A stretch of 20,000 bases of DNA. Origin: Catajapyx aquilonaris (Eukaryota). The position numbers and the translations under genes were made by a program. The notes below the pieces were generated by a model that was given only the letters and a program-made list of their open reading frames with translations, searched no databases and was not told where the DNA came from. The stretch's first letter is position 1. Each line of letters begins with the position of its first letter. The stretch is from assembly GCA_000934665.2 (NCBI GenBank), contig JYFJ02001778.1, forward strand, positions 49,847 to 69,846, read 5' to 3'. Shown in pieces: positions 1 to 13,675 of this stretch.

Positions 1-1673
1 GAGATAGATATCTGAACGGGTGAATTGATATTTGAACAAACTTTTTTTTTGTACAGTTCAAAACTGTGTGCATCAAATAATGTTGCGGACATGGTCCATT
101 AGAGAACACTAGTGTCGCTGTGAACAAAATTTGGTAAGATTCGAGATATGCCTAAATCATCACATTTGTTGACCAAAGGCGAAACATGGATATGATTAAG
201 AACTGGTTAAAAATATTTTCAGCAATATTTTGCGTCAGCCAGTGTAAATGATAGTTTTCCAATATCTCTACTTTCATTGGATTTCAGCATTTACGTACAG
301 TGACAGCATAGTTAGCTCCAAAAAATTCTTTGGACAGCTGCAATCAGAAACAGCAACATTTTGAAATATCCTCCAGGGAAAACCTGCATTTGAAAACAAT
401 GTGCGGGCATTTAAAGTGGTCGAAGAGCATAACATGTTTACAATTTTAGGAAGTTACCACCCGTCTGCAGTGGAGTTCTAGAATAGTGCAATACTTGAAC
501 TTTCAGCAGGCGGTATACGGTTGAACAAACTAAGATCGCATCTCTTTCTTCCCCCCTGAAGTCGTCTCGCAAAGATCTCATGTGCTTCCTAAAGCTATCC
601 CTTAATTCGTCCTCGCATTTTGGCAAGTGATTCTTGGCACCGAGGCAGGAATACATTCCGTGCGAATAGCAGTAGGGAAAGAGACTCGTCAAGCGGAAAG
701 GTTTAGATTCGGCTTTCGATCTTGCTTGCAAGTTGGAATACTAACGGCTCACCGGCGAAAATCCTATGTGACGATGCGAGGTTTCCGCCCACTACTCATG
801 CGGATTAAGCTCTGCCAAGAATCACTGAGGAAGCCACTTTTTGATTTCCCAAACCGCTACGAGAAGAGATATCGAAAGAATAAAAAAAAGAGGAGTGAGG
901 TAAGACGGCACGTACACGTGGACCAATCTGTCTTCCCCTCACATGCAAATGATGTGTCAAAAGGAACTGGAAGAATGATTTTTTTGAGAGATGCTTCTTC
1001 CAATTCAACACGATTCTGCTTGTTTCTCGCTGTGCAAGCGAAGGACACGAATTCGCATTGCAGCGTCAAAAATATTTCCAATATCGCACGAAGTTACCGT
1101 TACAAAATGGCATATCAGGTTACAACAGTAAGGGCATAGTTGAAACAAAAATTGCAATTTGAAAGAGTATCCAGCTGTCAGTGTCAGGCTGCAGTAAATA
1201 TCACGTTAATCTGCACAGATATTTGTGCTATATTTTTAAAAAGTGTGAAACATAACATCTGTTTTTACACATACAAATGGCACAAACTAACTGATCCCAC
1301 ATCACCAACTAAACCGGGCTTCCCCAGAAAACCTACATTAAAGCAGATCTTCACGTACGCCTTAACCCAACCTGCGTTATCATCAAAGCGAAAGAGGCTG
1401 TCGAACCCTTTTCTTCTCCTTTCTCCCTCCGCAAAAAGAGCTAAAAGTGAGCAAGGAGGGGAAAAAAGGCGAGTGAGAGAGGAGTGAGATCCAGGGCAAG
1501 CCAGCTGACCACCCACCCTTGAAATGGGAGAGAAAGCCCTTCTGCGGCGTGCAAGAGACACTGGCCCTGGTTCTCATTTATCCTTTCCTCTTGTAATGCA
1601 GCAGGCCTCTGGCATTAGAGCCCCCTGGCCTCGCTCGTCTCCAATACTTTTCCTCGTGCCATTCAACGCCCTT

Positions 1674-1694
1674 CTCCTCCTCCTCCTCCTCCTC
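1674..1694 (+). repeat. (CTC)7 microsatellite
   Basis: Seven perfect CTC units. They explain the poly-Leu and poly-Arg runs in the overlapping ORFs. Confidence 0.95.
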
Positions 1695-2532
1695 CCTAGC
1701 TCTCTCTTCACTGCAAAGAAAAACAACTTCATCCGTCCACAACGCGAGAGTCTAACACGCCCTTTGAAACTTTCAGCTCGGTCTGATGCATGAGTTGGCC
1801 TCGGGCCCTCTTGGAATACATCGGGAAGCTCCGCTTGCACCTGGTATCCTCTCAGGTGACAAATTATGCGCCCGAGTTCAGGATGGAAATTATTTTTTTC
1901 TCCCAGCAACATGCAGGCTTTATGAAAGTCAACGAATTGCATTTGGGGGTCGTCCAGCAGGAGTTGGCACAACCGTTATTTTCGGCTAAACTCATGTGAT
2001 GTTCAGTAAATAGCAGTGATCACTACCAGCTACTTTAAAGTGAACGTGATTTTCCAGTAGACGTGGTGAAATCGTAGCAAATTTTGGCAGAGTGTCCACT
2101 CGGTTAGTCTAAATGTGTCCGCTCTCACCTCAGGTTTATAGTACTGTGAGAGGAGGGGGGTTTGTGCAAGTGCGAAAATGCTGCACGTTAATGAACCGTG
2201 AGAGCCGGAGCTCGCTTTCATGCTGCATTTATTTCGAGAATTATTCCCCCAATTTACAGCAAAGATTTTATCCATTAAGTCTAGCTCGAGCGGCAATTCC
2301 GCTTGAGGTTTTTGGAGAGACTATATATATTTTTATACACTCACTACTTTTGGGGGGCGGAAGTTTTTTTTTTTTTTGAAACAAAAGTTTTGCAAGATGA
2401 GGTCAGACCGAGCACTTTTCCAGCGTTAATTCTGTTACGGGTAGTTTGCAAAAGTTAACAGCATCAGCTGTTAGGGAATCAGGCCAGTTATGCCATAATT
2501 GAATTACCTTGATGCAAAATTTCACAACATCA

Positions 2533-2560
2533 ACCCCCCTCTCTAATTAGAGAGGGGGGT
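2533..2560. repeat. Perfect 28-bp palindrome
   Basis: ACCCCCCTCTCTAA|TTAGAGAGGGGGGT, with additional outer arms TTCACA (2521-2526) and TGTGAA (2564-2569). Confidence 0.95.
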
Positions 2561-5027
2561 GCATGTGAAGGACCGCCCCACATCACAAACACAGATGTTT
2601 GTAACCCACCTGCAACCATCATAATCACCTACTTTTTACACAAAATAGTGGTTGATATTTCCAACATATTAATGGGACCGATCGATTTTGGGGCTGCACG
2701 ACTGCGGGCTATTAGGGCGTAGCCTGTGAAACTGTGAGAGACGTAGAAAAAAAAACACGCCGACCGTCACGATGAGGAAAGATGGAGGGTTCCAATCCCC
2801 ACGTCACTGGGCCGAGATAAAAGACCAAGATGGAGGTTTATTGCGTGTCTCCCCTGTTTGGAGGGGGGGGGGGGTATAGGAAGAACATAAAAAATTGGGA
2901 GGGAGACCTAGCAAGCAAATGTCGATAATCGGAATCAGTTTGGGAAGATGAGGGGCACGTCAAAAATTCCATGGTGATGAATTAGTTACCCTGGTTCCGA
3001 TTGTACACAGAAAAATGTTGGAAGTAGAAACTTGACGGGACATTAGTTTCCAGCCTTCTTGTATTTTTGTTGAAAGTTAATGCCTCGTGGTTCTGTCTGT
3101 CCTATAACCACATTCTGTCATCATTTTTGTGAGTCTAATAACTGTGTTTTGCCATCGCATTGACAAGTAAGAATTATTGATCAGGCCTTTCCCCCCCCCA
3201 AAAATATAGGAGAGAAAACGCTTGTGACATCCGCAATCGATGCCCAATCTTGGCCTTTTGATAACGACCGTTTTTTTCCCAAAAATATTGCGCGAAAAAG
3301 CGTTAAAATAATCGATACTCGATGCGGCCTCGTGAGAAATAACAACACAAAAAAATGAGAGAAGTGGCGTTCGTCCATCGGAAACAGGCATGCAACGTGC
3401 TTACCAAGGTCGCATGCGATTATCACCCAAAATTGATGGCCACTATGCCACGGAAATAACAGTTTTCTGGAGCCCCAAATTCACGGTGAGATTTACTTTA
3501 CCACCTAATAAATCTGCATCTTTTGGGGCAGGAAACCAAACATTAGTCATCAGAAACACAGATATCAAAGGTTAGGATCAAACATGCATGTTACGCTGGC
3601 CTCAAAAATAATTAGGCCACATTTTTTTTTGTCATGGACAGTAAACAAGTTTGAGTAAAAATGAAGAAAAAAGCCGCTGTCTAATGGAAGGTTGCAACAG
3701 CCCAAGATGTGCCGCGGGGGAAATAAATCACTTGATGAAACTCCCCCCGATTCCTCCAGGAGAGAGCAAGAGCATAAATCATCCCTTCATCGCGATGTTT
3801 CCTTCATCGATCCCCTGTTTCTCCCCGACAATCCTTTTGCAGCAAGCAAAAAGGGGGTGGGAAGGTGGTGGAAAGTGGGAGCAGTATCAACCTCCCCAAA
3901 AGTATAAGACTGCTGGAATCACATTTTAAAAAAAAACATTCTCTTTTAACCTTCAGACTCTCATGCTCCTTCGAGTAAACACACTGATTTATTCCTATAA
4001 GTGAGGAGTCTATCCACAATCTGCCAATATTTGGTTTCACTCCTGTTTCAATGAGAAATGGCAACACCGCAAAGTGCACTTTTTTTTAAACAACATACAG
4101 AGCACTTTAGTAACTATACCTGTCACTGCTCGTGAAATAATATTTTTACACCAGGCCATTGTGTGACTGGACAGTCGAGCAGCCTTGTTTACCTTTTTTC
4201 CGGCTAAAAGTGGCCAAAATCAATGGCGATCTAATTTCGCGGTTGCCATGACGATATTCTTGAAAGCCTGTGTCGAGCAGCATTTAAACCGCATTCAATG
4301 GATAACACTGCTGGTGCAAGGCTTGCAAAAATAACTCGCAATAATTAAGACATAAATAGAGTTATATACTCTCACAGCCAGTAAATGAGAAGGTCATTTT
4401 CTGTACTGATCTGTCCTGGTTCTGTCGACCTCCTCACATCCTTTCAACTGGTAACAGTTCAAAGTAAACGCCAATCTTGGCTTTAAAATCCGTGTCAAGA
4501 TAATTATCTCCTGATGATCTTTGAAAACGGGCCGTTGGGACTACTTGAGCCGCTTTATGCACCATTCAATTCAGGCATCAGCTCAAGTCAAGTCGGGTTT
4601 AGAAATCGTTCGCAAATTCCTTTCGTGCTCGAAGCTCTTTATACGATCGGCAACAAAATGCATTACAAGCCAATTTTTTTAAAACTTAAATATGACAACA
4701 AATGTCAGAACATTTTTGGAGAGACCCAAACACATTTGAACCCAACCTTCTGAAACCTCTTCCTTACTTTTACACCTGACAGAGCGTATAACTGGGAAGG
4801 ATCTGCAGTTTCCTAACCGCAAATGTGCGTAATTCGAGTAGAAACGCACGAAATTCTCCCAGGTATTTAAGTTTCCTTCCCCGGGTTTTGTGGGGGTGGT
4901 TGGTTGGTCCTGCTATCCCGGTAGACCCCGGCCATTGAGCAGCAAATTGGCTGTGTGCGCCGCGGGTCCAAGCCACCGAAATTTGGTTACTGCACGCTGA
5001 CGAGCTTTATGGAAATCATGGAGAGTT

Positions 5028-5068
5028 GGGTTGGGGGAAAGGGTGAGGGGGATGGGGGTTCAAGTGGG
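5028..5068 (+). other. G-quadruplex-prone tract
   Basis: GGGttGGGGGaaaGGGtgaGGGGGatGGGGGttcaagtGGG has six G-tracts of 3 or more with loops of 2-7 nt. Motif only; folding is not shown. Confidence 0.6.
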
Positions 5069-8000
5069 ATTCACTCTCTCCTCTTCTCTTATGTTCTACT
5101 GTTACCCCCAGCCGTCTTCCACTTTGATCTAACCCAAGTCAGCAGAGGACATAAATGAGGAATGGGTGTGGGAGTTGATCATCTAGGCTGGACCTAAAAG
5201 GACTTGAATTATTACCCGGGGGCTACTCAGAGTAGCTGTTAGAATAGTACGGCTCATGCATATCTGAACATTGGCCAGCAGAGGTCGAGCCTACGTATGT
5301 GTACGCACAATGAGCAATATTTGCAATATTATTACGGCTCATTTGGTCCGATTATGCCATTGCGGATTGTCACTGTAAACCGTGCGCAATGTTGCTGGCA
5401 AATGCGTGATGGACAATGAAACTTTTGACTGTCAGCTTTTCTGCCTCGGTTGGCATCAGTACAGGGTTTGCATAAAACCTTGTGTTGACAAAATGACGGA
5501 AATTGGGGTGAAAGTTTTCAGCAAAGTTCAGTCGCAGGTCTTCCATTGTAATTACACACCGACATAAATTACTAACCGCGCACTGCAATCAAAATTTGCG
5601 TTCAAAACAAAGCTGCAGAACAAAGCAACGATGCTCAAACACCTCGAGCGCTCTGGAAAAAAAAATCCGGTGCGACATGTAACAAAATCCAGCTTTTTTC
5701 GAGTATATTTAAATAAAAAGGCGAGCCTTGAGGTCCCAACGAAAAAACTGGCCAGAAAAATACCCGAGGCTCGAGGTGCAGAAGAGGGATTTGAATTGCT
5801 CCTATAGTGCAAAAAGGAAAAAGCCAATGGTAACTTTGAGCCCAGGGCTGGACATGGGAAGGAAAAGAGGGGGGGTCTACTGAAGGAGGGTTGGTCTTTT
5901 TCAGCCCTGGAGATGAAAGCGGAATCCTAATTTACGGGTGGGTAGGGGGGGGGGCAAGGGAAAGGAGAGGAAGGGGCCTTTCCGGCAGCGTCAGCACCAC
6001 TGAAGGAAAGCGTACAACTTTAGTGCCAACGGGCTAAAGAGAGATAGACCTACATCATCCTCAAAAAGTCCAAGAATGGGGAAAAACAAGAGGAATGATG
6101 CTTTAATTCCAGCCTGTCACACCAAGATTGCGCCGTAATGTGTCCCACAAAAATAAAAAAGGGCTAGGAAAGAAGAGAAAGCTAAGCAGCAGCGGGAAAA
6201 AGCTAAAAAGTTTAAGCATTTCCATTTTTATCCATTCTGGAGGATCCGTGACAGCTCACTCGGAAAAGCGGGGAGTCGTCAGCAATCTGGCAAATTGAGG
6301 ATGTATTTCAAGGAGCTGAGCATTTTTCATCTTACCCCCTCCCCCCATCCCACCGTATATACCACGACAAAATAGTTTTACGACATTTATCCTCCCCATG
6401 CTCAAAAACAAGCCAAACAGCTCTGCATGACGTGACCCATTTGCCTTGTGGTAGGACAGATTCCATTTATTGCGAGCAGAGCAAAGAAGGCACAATATAT
6501 TTACATGCAACTCAGATTCAAATTGAAACTTTGAATCATAGCATGATCATAGCTGGATTTTCTAACATAATTACAACTAATGTTTTTTTTGTAAGAATGA
6601 TAAACTACACGAGTGGTCCAAGAAACTTTGGGGCTATATCATTGGGCGTATGGCCAGAAACCGCATGTACTAGCACATAATAAAATAGATTACTGCGCAG
6701 ATCCATAGATCTCAATAACTGATCGGGTCCAAGTTTGGTGTGAACTCTGCGCCAAGTTGAAGGCGATGAATCTCCCCAAAACGCATTGCCCTTTCAATCC
6801 TGTCTCATTTTGCTCTAGGCCCAGTTTTCCCCTCCCCTTTCTCTCCCCCCACTCTTACCAAAAAAAAGAGGGGAGCTTGGAAATACATTCCCAATAACTT
6901 TCAATAAATTGTCTCCTTACCTTGTTGACTTGGGTTGTTACCAGACTTTCTCAGGGCCCTTCGTGAAGCTTTTCCTGCTGCTGCATCTGAGGAGATAAAA
7001 TAGTGGGGGGGAGAAGAGTATAGGTCACAAATTGCCGAAAATATACAGGATTCCGAAATTTAAACAAGATGAGTGCAAACAAGGGGCTGTATTTACAGGC
7101 GCCGAAAATTCAGAGCCAAAAGTCAAGATCATGCTCTGGCATGCAGCTTCATTAACAGGCCCTATCTTCGCACAAAAGCCTTTTCCGACGATGGGCAAAT
7201 TTAACAAGAGTTGATTCAGCGTATCGCCATCGCAAAAAGAGCCCCCTGCTTAAATATGGGAATCTTTTTGCAAGGGGTGCCGGATCTCCCATTAAGTAGC
7301 TTTAATCTCCGGAATAATTTCATTGCTCCCCCATAAAACAAAGGCCCGTAATAAGAGCTCCCCCTCTCTTGAGAGATCTTACACCAGCACACGACATGAT
7401 CGTTAACCTTTTATTCAATAACTTGCCAAGTGCATATTCATGTCTCGTATCTATCACGAGCTGCATTGTTTCGTGTTCTGATATATCCTAAGCATTAAGG
7501 GAAATTACATCGCGAGTCTAGATAACAGAGAATGAAATGAAGCTTGTTAAACATATTACTGGGTGTGGGTTTTGCGGAATTGCCTTTTATTTAGGATTAT
7601 TCAAACAGGAAGTAAAAAAAACTGCGTCGAATATTTTCCCCAGTGTCTGCCATTCTTCAAACAGAGCTTGAAAGTCCCCGAGGCCCAAATGGGACAGCTA
7701 TCTCTGCTCGGTTTCATTATTTGAAACGAATCGGTGTCGCTCCTCGCCTGGGCCCAAAGTACATAGAATCCAACCTCTGCTAATAAAGGGTCCCCTATAT
7801 GCATGAACGAGATTACACGTCATGTCTCTCGCAGCATCCCTCAGATTGCTTAAAGGAAGGATCGTAAATGAGGGTAAAGCGAATGGCAGCCACTCATCCC
7901 GATAACCGAAGGGGGAGGAAGTAAACTTGCTTTTAGTAGTGAGCAGATATTGCGAAAGTCATCTACTGCAGCAAGAGCCATCATTTCGCATCAAAGTGTG

Positions 8001-11000
8001 GAGTTTTTTGCAAGGTGAAAAGATGGGTGCTATGGATCCTTCATTAAGCTTCTGACATCGTGACATGTTTTGATTCGCATACTTAGGGCTGTGCGATAGC
8101 AATAGGTGATTCGCAAATCCGACACAAAAATGTTTCTTATCACTAATATTGCAAATATCGCACACCTAACGGCATAGTGGAACCCACTGAAAACTGTAAA
8201 AAAAATGGATCAGTTCGACATATCGAAGCACAGCTCTTCTTAGGACCACATATCTGGGAGCTCAGACATCTTGTCAATTTTGGGGGAGAAGAAGGGGAGG
8301 AGGTGCCATTGTGCGAATTAAAGACGGTTGTTTCCTAACGAAAATCAACGGCGGGAGTCCGCTTTCACTTCATAAAGCTTTCACGGCTGAAATAAATTAC
8401 TCCATCTAAGGCAAGCCAGGCGTATGCCAACTCTTGCCAACTCCATTATGGGTAGAACGTGGTGCCAATACTTCATCGGATGGAAGAGAAGCCCAGCTGC
8501 GTTGCTGCACTCCCCACAAGTAGACTGAAAAAATGGGAGGGAAAAGAAGAAGAATAATAAAAAAATAGGGGAGGAAAAAAGAAAAAGAGAACCGGAGAAG
8601 ATGCCCGGATTTTCTGTGCCGCCTTGATTCACATCTCCTTTGTAACCGAATTCCTTGCAGACCAGTAAGCAACTTGTAGCCGCTTCCAATTTCATCTCTA
8701 GTTTATTCCACGCTCGAAGCATGTGGATGTCATGCTGAGCCTTATTCGTCCCCGGAAACGTATCCGGAAATTTATTTCTTCCATGCCAGCGACATACTGT
8801 GTGTCACAAATAAAAACCAGTGCATGTCATGCGTCTCATCTCCAGTGGAATATCACAAATCATATCAGTGGTACTGTACAACTTCTTAGACAACGATTCT
8901 GATTTGTCTATATAGTCAACAACAAGCGATTATTTTGTACCCATAGTGTGAAATAAACGCCATATTTGGGGCAGTGATGATGTACAGCGTTGTCAGATTT
9001 AGTGTGAGGCTCAGGTGACCTTTTTTCGCAGCCAGATGCGTCTCCTCTCACGGGTGAGATGCTTTCAAACAACGTTGCAAAGTGTGGAAGAATAACCATT
9101 GTGAGCCGAGGAGGACTGGTGCTTGCCAGTGATTGGGCGCGGTCTCACACTCGTTCAATTCGACGGCCTGAAAAAAAGACTGATTCGTCCCCCAAAAAAG
9201 TACTTGGGTTTTTTTTAAAGCCTGTGGGTCACAACTGCTTCATCTCTTTTTTTGATGGTTCAGAAGAGCGCCAGGTGTTGAACGAGGTCACCATTCTTTG
9301 GCTCTCCCCATATAATAGCCTTGTCATGTAAAGCAGGGGCGCTTGCTATATACCCACTAGTGAACATCCAACATCATTCACTTTGTAATTAAGAGCACGG
9401 AACAAAAGGGTTAATACAGCAAGGAAAGTTGCTTACATTATCGACAGCGAGATGAAATTAGGCATACATTATCTAGGAACCAGGCCGAACTTGTTGGGCC
9501 AACAGTTCCTGCTCGTCGATGCTGCTTTGCCATGGTGCAAGTTTTTGGATTGTCTCGGGCCTCGTCCTTGGAGGTTTAACGAGGGGCTTCGGGAGCTGTG
9601 CCCTCCGAATGTTTGCTTTCCTTCAATGTTTGATGTCGAACATTTTTTGTTATTCTGTTTGTGCACATACAACGGGGGCGTGCAGTAATATTCCAAAACG
9701 TTCACCGTGCCATATTCATAAATAATGCGTGTAAAGCGTGCATTATGTATTTCCGTGCTCTATAAACAACATTATTTATTTCAGGTGTAAAAATAATATG
9801 CTGCTGGTGAATGCCTAACATGTCATACATGGCAGAAGTAGTGTAACGCAGAGGGCATGTGACTGTCCTAGAAACAAGGTCATACATGTAAAATTAGGAA
9901 TTTCTAAAAATATGTCGAAAATTAGAACAGCTCATTTTCTGTTGCAAAAATTGCAACTGCTGTACTGTCAAACTTCTGAACATGTACGGTCAAGAAATGG
10001 TACAAAATTATATTCTATCAGCTTCTATCAGCTTAAAATGCAAAATTGCAAGTTCCTTCTTTCGTATCGAGTTACTACAACGGTACATGTTTCAACTAAT
10101 CGCAACAGACAATTTTTAAAGCCGTATCAGCCGTTTGAATCCGCAGAATATAGTCCTGCTGCCGCGAACTATTTGCAGTCAGACTGACAGTGAGTTAAAT
10201 ATGGAAGCACTGGGAAGGGCTATCGCGTGAGAAATAAAACCCGTGCTCTGTTGGCCAGAACCACACGTGACATTCAAAAACTGAGAGTAAAAAAATTCAA
10301 CTGCGTATGTAGTGAAATTCTGAAATCACAAGCTACCTATAAATCATGCAATTCTCATTTCGTACAATCTGACTCATAAATCAGTTCATCAAGTTCATTT
10401 TATCCATATTAACAAGTGTGTCTTTTATTAACAGTTGTTATTGGAACGTATGAAACTAATAAGAGAATTTATTTGGCAAAAACTCGTTAAAACAAATTTC
10501 AAACATTCGTTTCCAAGTGCCCGTTTCGTTTGTTCTGCGACATGTTGCGATACTTTTTGATAGATCGAGTAATGATTGCCAACTACTAGAGTCGACCCAA
10601 CTATAGAGCCTGGCCAGTCTTGGATGCACCATGGGAAAATGGGGCTCCCAATAATGGCATTCAAGTCCGAAGAAAGAAAAAAAAATGCTAGAAGAAAAGG
10701 AGAACCTCGCGAGTAGAAGTTTTCTTCTGCAAATATCTCCAAATGGAAAAGCCTGCAGTAAATGCTGGAAAGTGGGAAGTAATAAGTCTTCGGAAACGGC
10801 GCCTTAGAAGCTTCTCCCGCAAAATGTTGCCGCAAACAAAGCCTTGGAAGTTTCCGTTCCAAACATCGCCTTTCGGAAGGAACGTCTGCTTCCCTTCCAA
10901 ATAGGATAATTTTGTCACAAATGTTTGCCGAGGCGCGATGCTTTCTTCGTTCGCTAATTCCCTTCTAATGGGCAAGTCTTAATAAGAAGTGCAAGGTGAT

Positions 11001-11725
11001 TCCACAGTTGCACTCGGGGCTCGCAGGACATTCTGTTTTTTTCTCGCTCCAGAGTTTGCGTTATGGAAACTTCTAGCCATTATGATTGTGACAACCATAA
11101 TTGAGCAAAATATGGCCGAATTTTCCAGATGACAATAGTTCGGTTATCTCAACACGCGAGGACCACCTCCTGCGAATGAAATGCTGAGTAAAAGCATCGC
11201 ATCCGGAGACCTCCGCCCTTCTTCTTTTGGCCTCCGATGGCACATACCGAACGCAACTGGCTTTTGAACCTTAGGCTTTTCTTGCTGCAATTCCAAGAGA
11301 AGAGTGGGGCGCCTCGCAGGGGCTTTTCCAGATTAAAGGCCACTCATGCGGCAAGGACCTAAACCGCTACATTCTGCATCGCGGTTGCAGCCCCCCCAGC
11401 CCACGGGCCAAGTTTGCCTTCCGAGCTCACCCCACTTGAATTTCTGCCGACACTAATTGCATTTCGCCAGTCGTCTTTTACTTCTATAAATTGAGTATTC
11501 GTCATGGTGGGGAGGGAGAAAAGAAGAGGAAAGAAAATAAATAAATAAATCGACTTAAGCCCTTTGCAATTTAGCTGCGTTTTGCCGCCGGGATCCTGTG
11601 TCACGCTGAAACGGTAGCCATTTTGCGGAAGATCTCTGATCTTGTTAAAGCGGCTGATAAACTCGGGTAAATTGGCAGAATCGAGTGAGTTGAGTGAAAG
11701 GAAGCTCTATCCTCCTTTTATATTA

Positions 11726-11880
11726 AGCTTGGTTCACACTCACGCCAATCAGTTCCGGCCGTACAATAGCTGACACCGATAAAAAATATCTTGAGGAACT
11801 GTCATAGACAAATTTATGATGAAAATATTACAGAACGCTGATGCAATTACAATTACGGTACATCCCGCGTGAACCAACTC
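11726..11880. mobile_element. Putative MITE (about 155 bp) with PIF/Harbinger-like termini
   Basis: The left end TTA|AGCTTGGTTCACAC and right end GCGTGAACCAACTC|TAA share the inverted core TTGGTTCAC-C. The TWA flanks fit PIF/Harbinger targets. No coding capacity. Confidence 0.5.
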
Positions 11881-13675
11881 TAAGCTTCGGATCCATTCTA
11901 AAAAGATACACGGCCCCATGTTTTATTACATTCCCTTCACAACTGCTCGTTACATCGCAGTAGCTGCCTCAGGCTCGAGTAAATGTGTGGTAATTAAAAC
12001 GGCCAGCCAGGGTTTCGGCAACGTACGAACTGCAAGTTGCAAGACAAACGAGAGAGAAGCCCGAATTCATGAATAAGTGGGATTAATTACAAAAAAAACC
12101 CACTTCACTCTCTCGTGTCACTCCAGTGTAGCGCAGTCACGTTTGCCTCTAATTAATAACAATAATAATACTCTCTGATATTGCGCCTGCCGCTTCACTT
12201 ACTTCACTCCGACTACCAGGGAATAAAGGAACGTTGGCAGGCCAATATTAATTATCCACAGCCGCTTGCACATTTCTCTCTCTCGTTTCCTTGTGTTTAA
12301 ATAGGCGGGGTTTTCATTCCACAGAGTGTGACAGTGACAGTATACACCTTATTGAATATTGATGTAGTCGGTCACCTGGTTAATTCATCAGCAACAAAGT
12401 TGTCTTCGTTCGATGTTCACCTTTCCAATGCGGCTATCGCTTAAGGGTATACTATTCAAGTGGATGTCAATGGTTGTTATTGCCCACGCCATGCCCTGTT
12501 TATCGCCATTCGCAATGGATGCCTAGATGTTATGTGCCGCGTATAGGTCATTATCGAGTTCATGGATATCTCTGGGTGGAGTACTGAAGTTGGGTGCGGT
12601 CATACTATCGTTTTACTATATCGGAAACTTGATGATATTTTATTTCTTTGATTGCATATTTACCCGGGGCGAGGACATATTTTCCACCCTTGACTTTTTC
12701 AGATGTTTCTGCTAAAAAATTGATAAAAATCCGGTAAAAATTGTGGACGAATAATACTCGTCCTCCAGAGAGAGATTTTCGTTTCCTTGCAAAGTTGCTG
12801 AAATTCAACTTTAAAATAATTTCACTCGCAGTTGAACTCCAATATTATTTTAAAGAGTACGTAGCACAGAAAAGACAGGTACCGGTACTGAAGAAACATA
12901 CTGGATCACGCTTTTCACAAATTAATACAACAACAACAATTTTAAATGCTGGTCATATTCGTACATAACTACTTGTTATAACGTCTCACATGTGGATACT
13001 ACTACAAGCTTTTCAAAAAATCAGCCGTCATGTAACAACGGATCGCTCGAAAAAACCCGTCTAAACCACTAATAATAAATTTCCACGTGACTTACGCAGT
13101 AATGAAGGGACCCGGAAATGATGATGTCGCGCCCTAAAAAAATAAATTTCAAAGCTTTAATCCCACCCCAAAATGTGGCATCACCGTAACTCTGACTACA
13201 TTATTGCCAGAATCACTGAATGCCACACATATAACGAGGCGTCTGTATGTAGGGCAGTGTTGCGTGGCATTTTAATCACTTGGAATACTTTGACACCAGG
13301 CAGTTTGAATTACTGCAATGAAACAACTCCTCTCCAAGGACCATAATTTTGCAATGGAATTTTGTACCCCAGCACGATGCACTCTGCCTACTCTTTTTTT
13401 GAGCATCATTTTAAATTCCCATTGCGGACTTTTTTTTACCCCGGTATATATTCAGGGATAGGTACACTCCCAGACTGATCAAGTTAGCAGAAGCGGCCCT
13501 ATTATTTTCGACGCAATTTACTTGTAAATGTGGCCGGATCGAGCAGACAAACTTTGCTCACTGGCTTTGCCTCTTTCCCTTCCAGACATGGTCTGAACTT
13601 ATTCGGAGCAGAAGCGCGGGAGGCTGGGTTTTCTCCTCCTCCATTTCCCTTTGAATTATGCAAAAGTGTGTTTAT

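Noticed and set aside
438..1487. ORFs of 97-170 aa near the left end
   Set aside because: No recognisable motifs, no transposase or RT signatures, and no supporting splice structure. Lengths are compatible with chance.
1524..1793. ORF with a poly-Leu stretch as the possible signal-peptide exon of the dpr gene
   Set aside because: The hydrophobic run comes from the (CTC)7 microsatellite, and I found no convincing phase-1 donor after it.
4503..4545. CTGATGA...GAAA hammerhead-like core
   Set aside because: Stem II cannot form (TCTTT), the cleavage-site base would be G, and stem I pairs poorly.
8174..8230. TAGTGGAACCC and TTCGACATATCGAA resembling pogo/Tigger-type MITE ends
   Set aside because: No matching opposite terminus or TA duplication was found, so it is too fragmentary to call.
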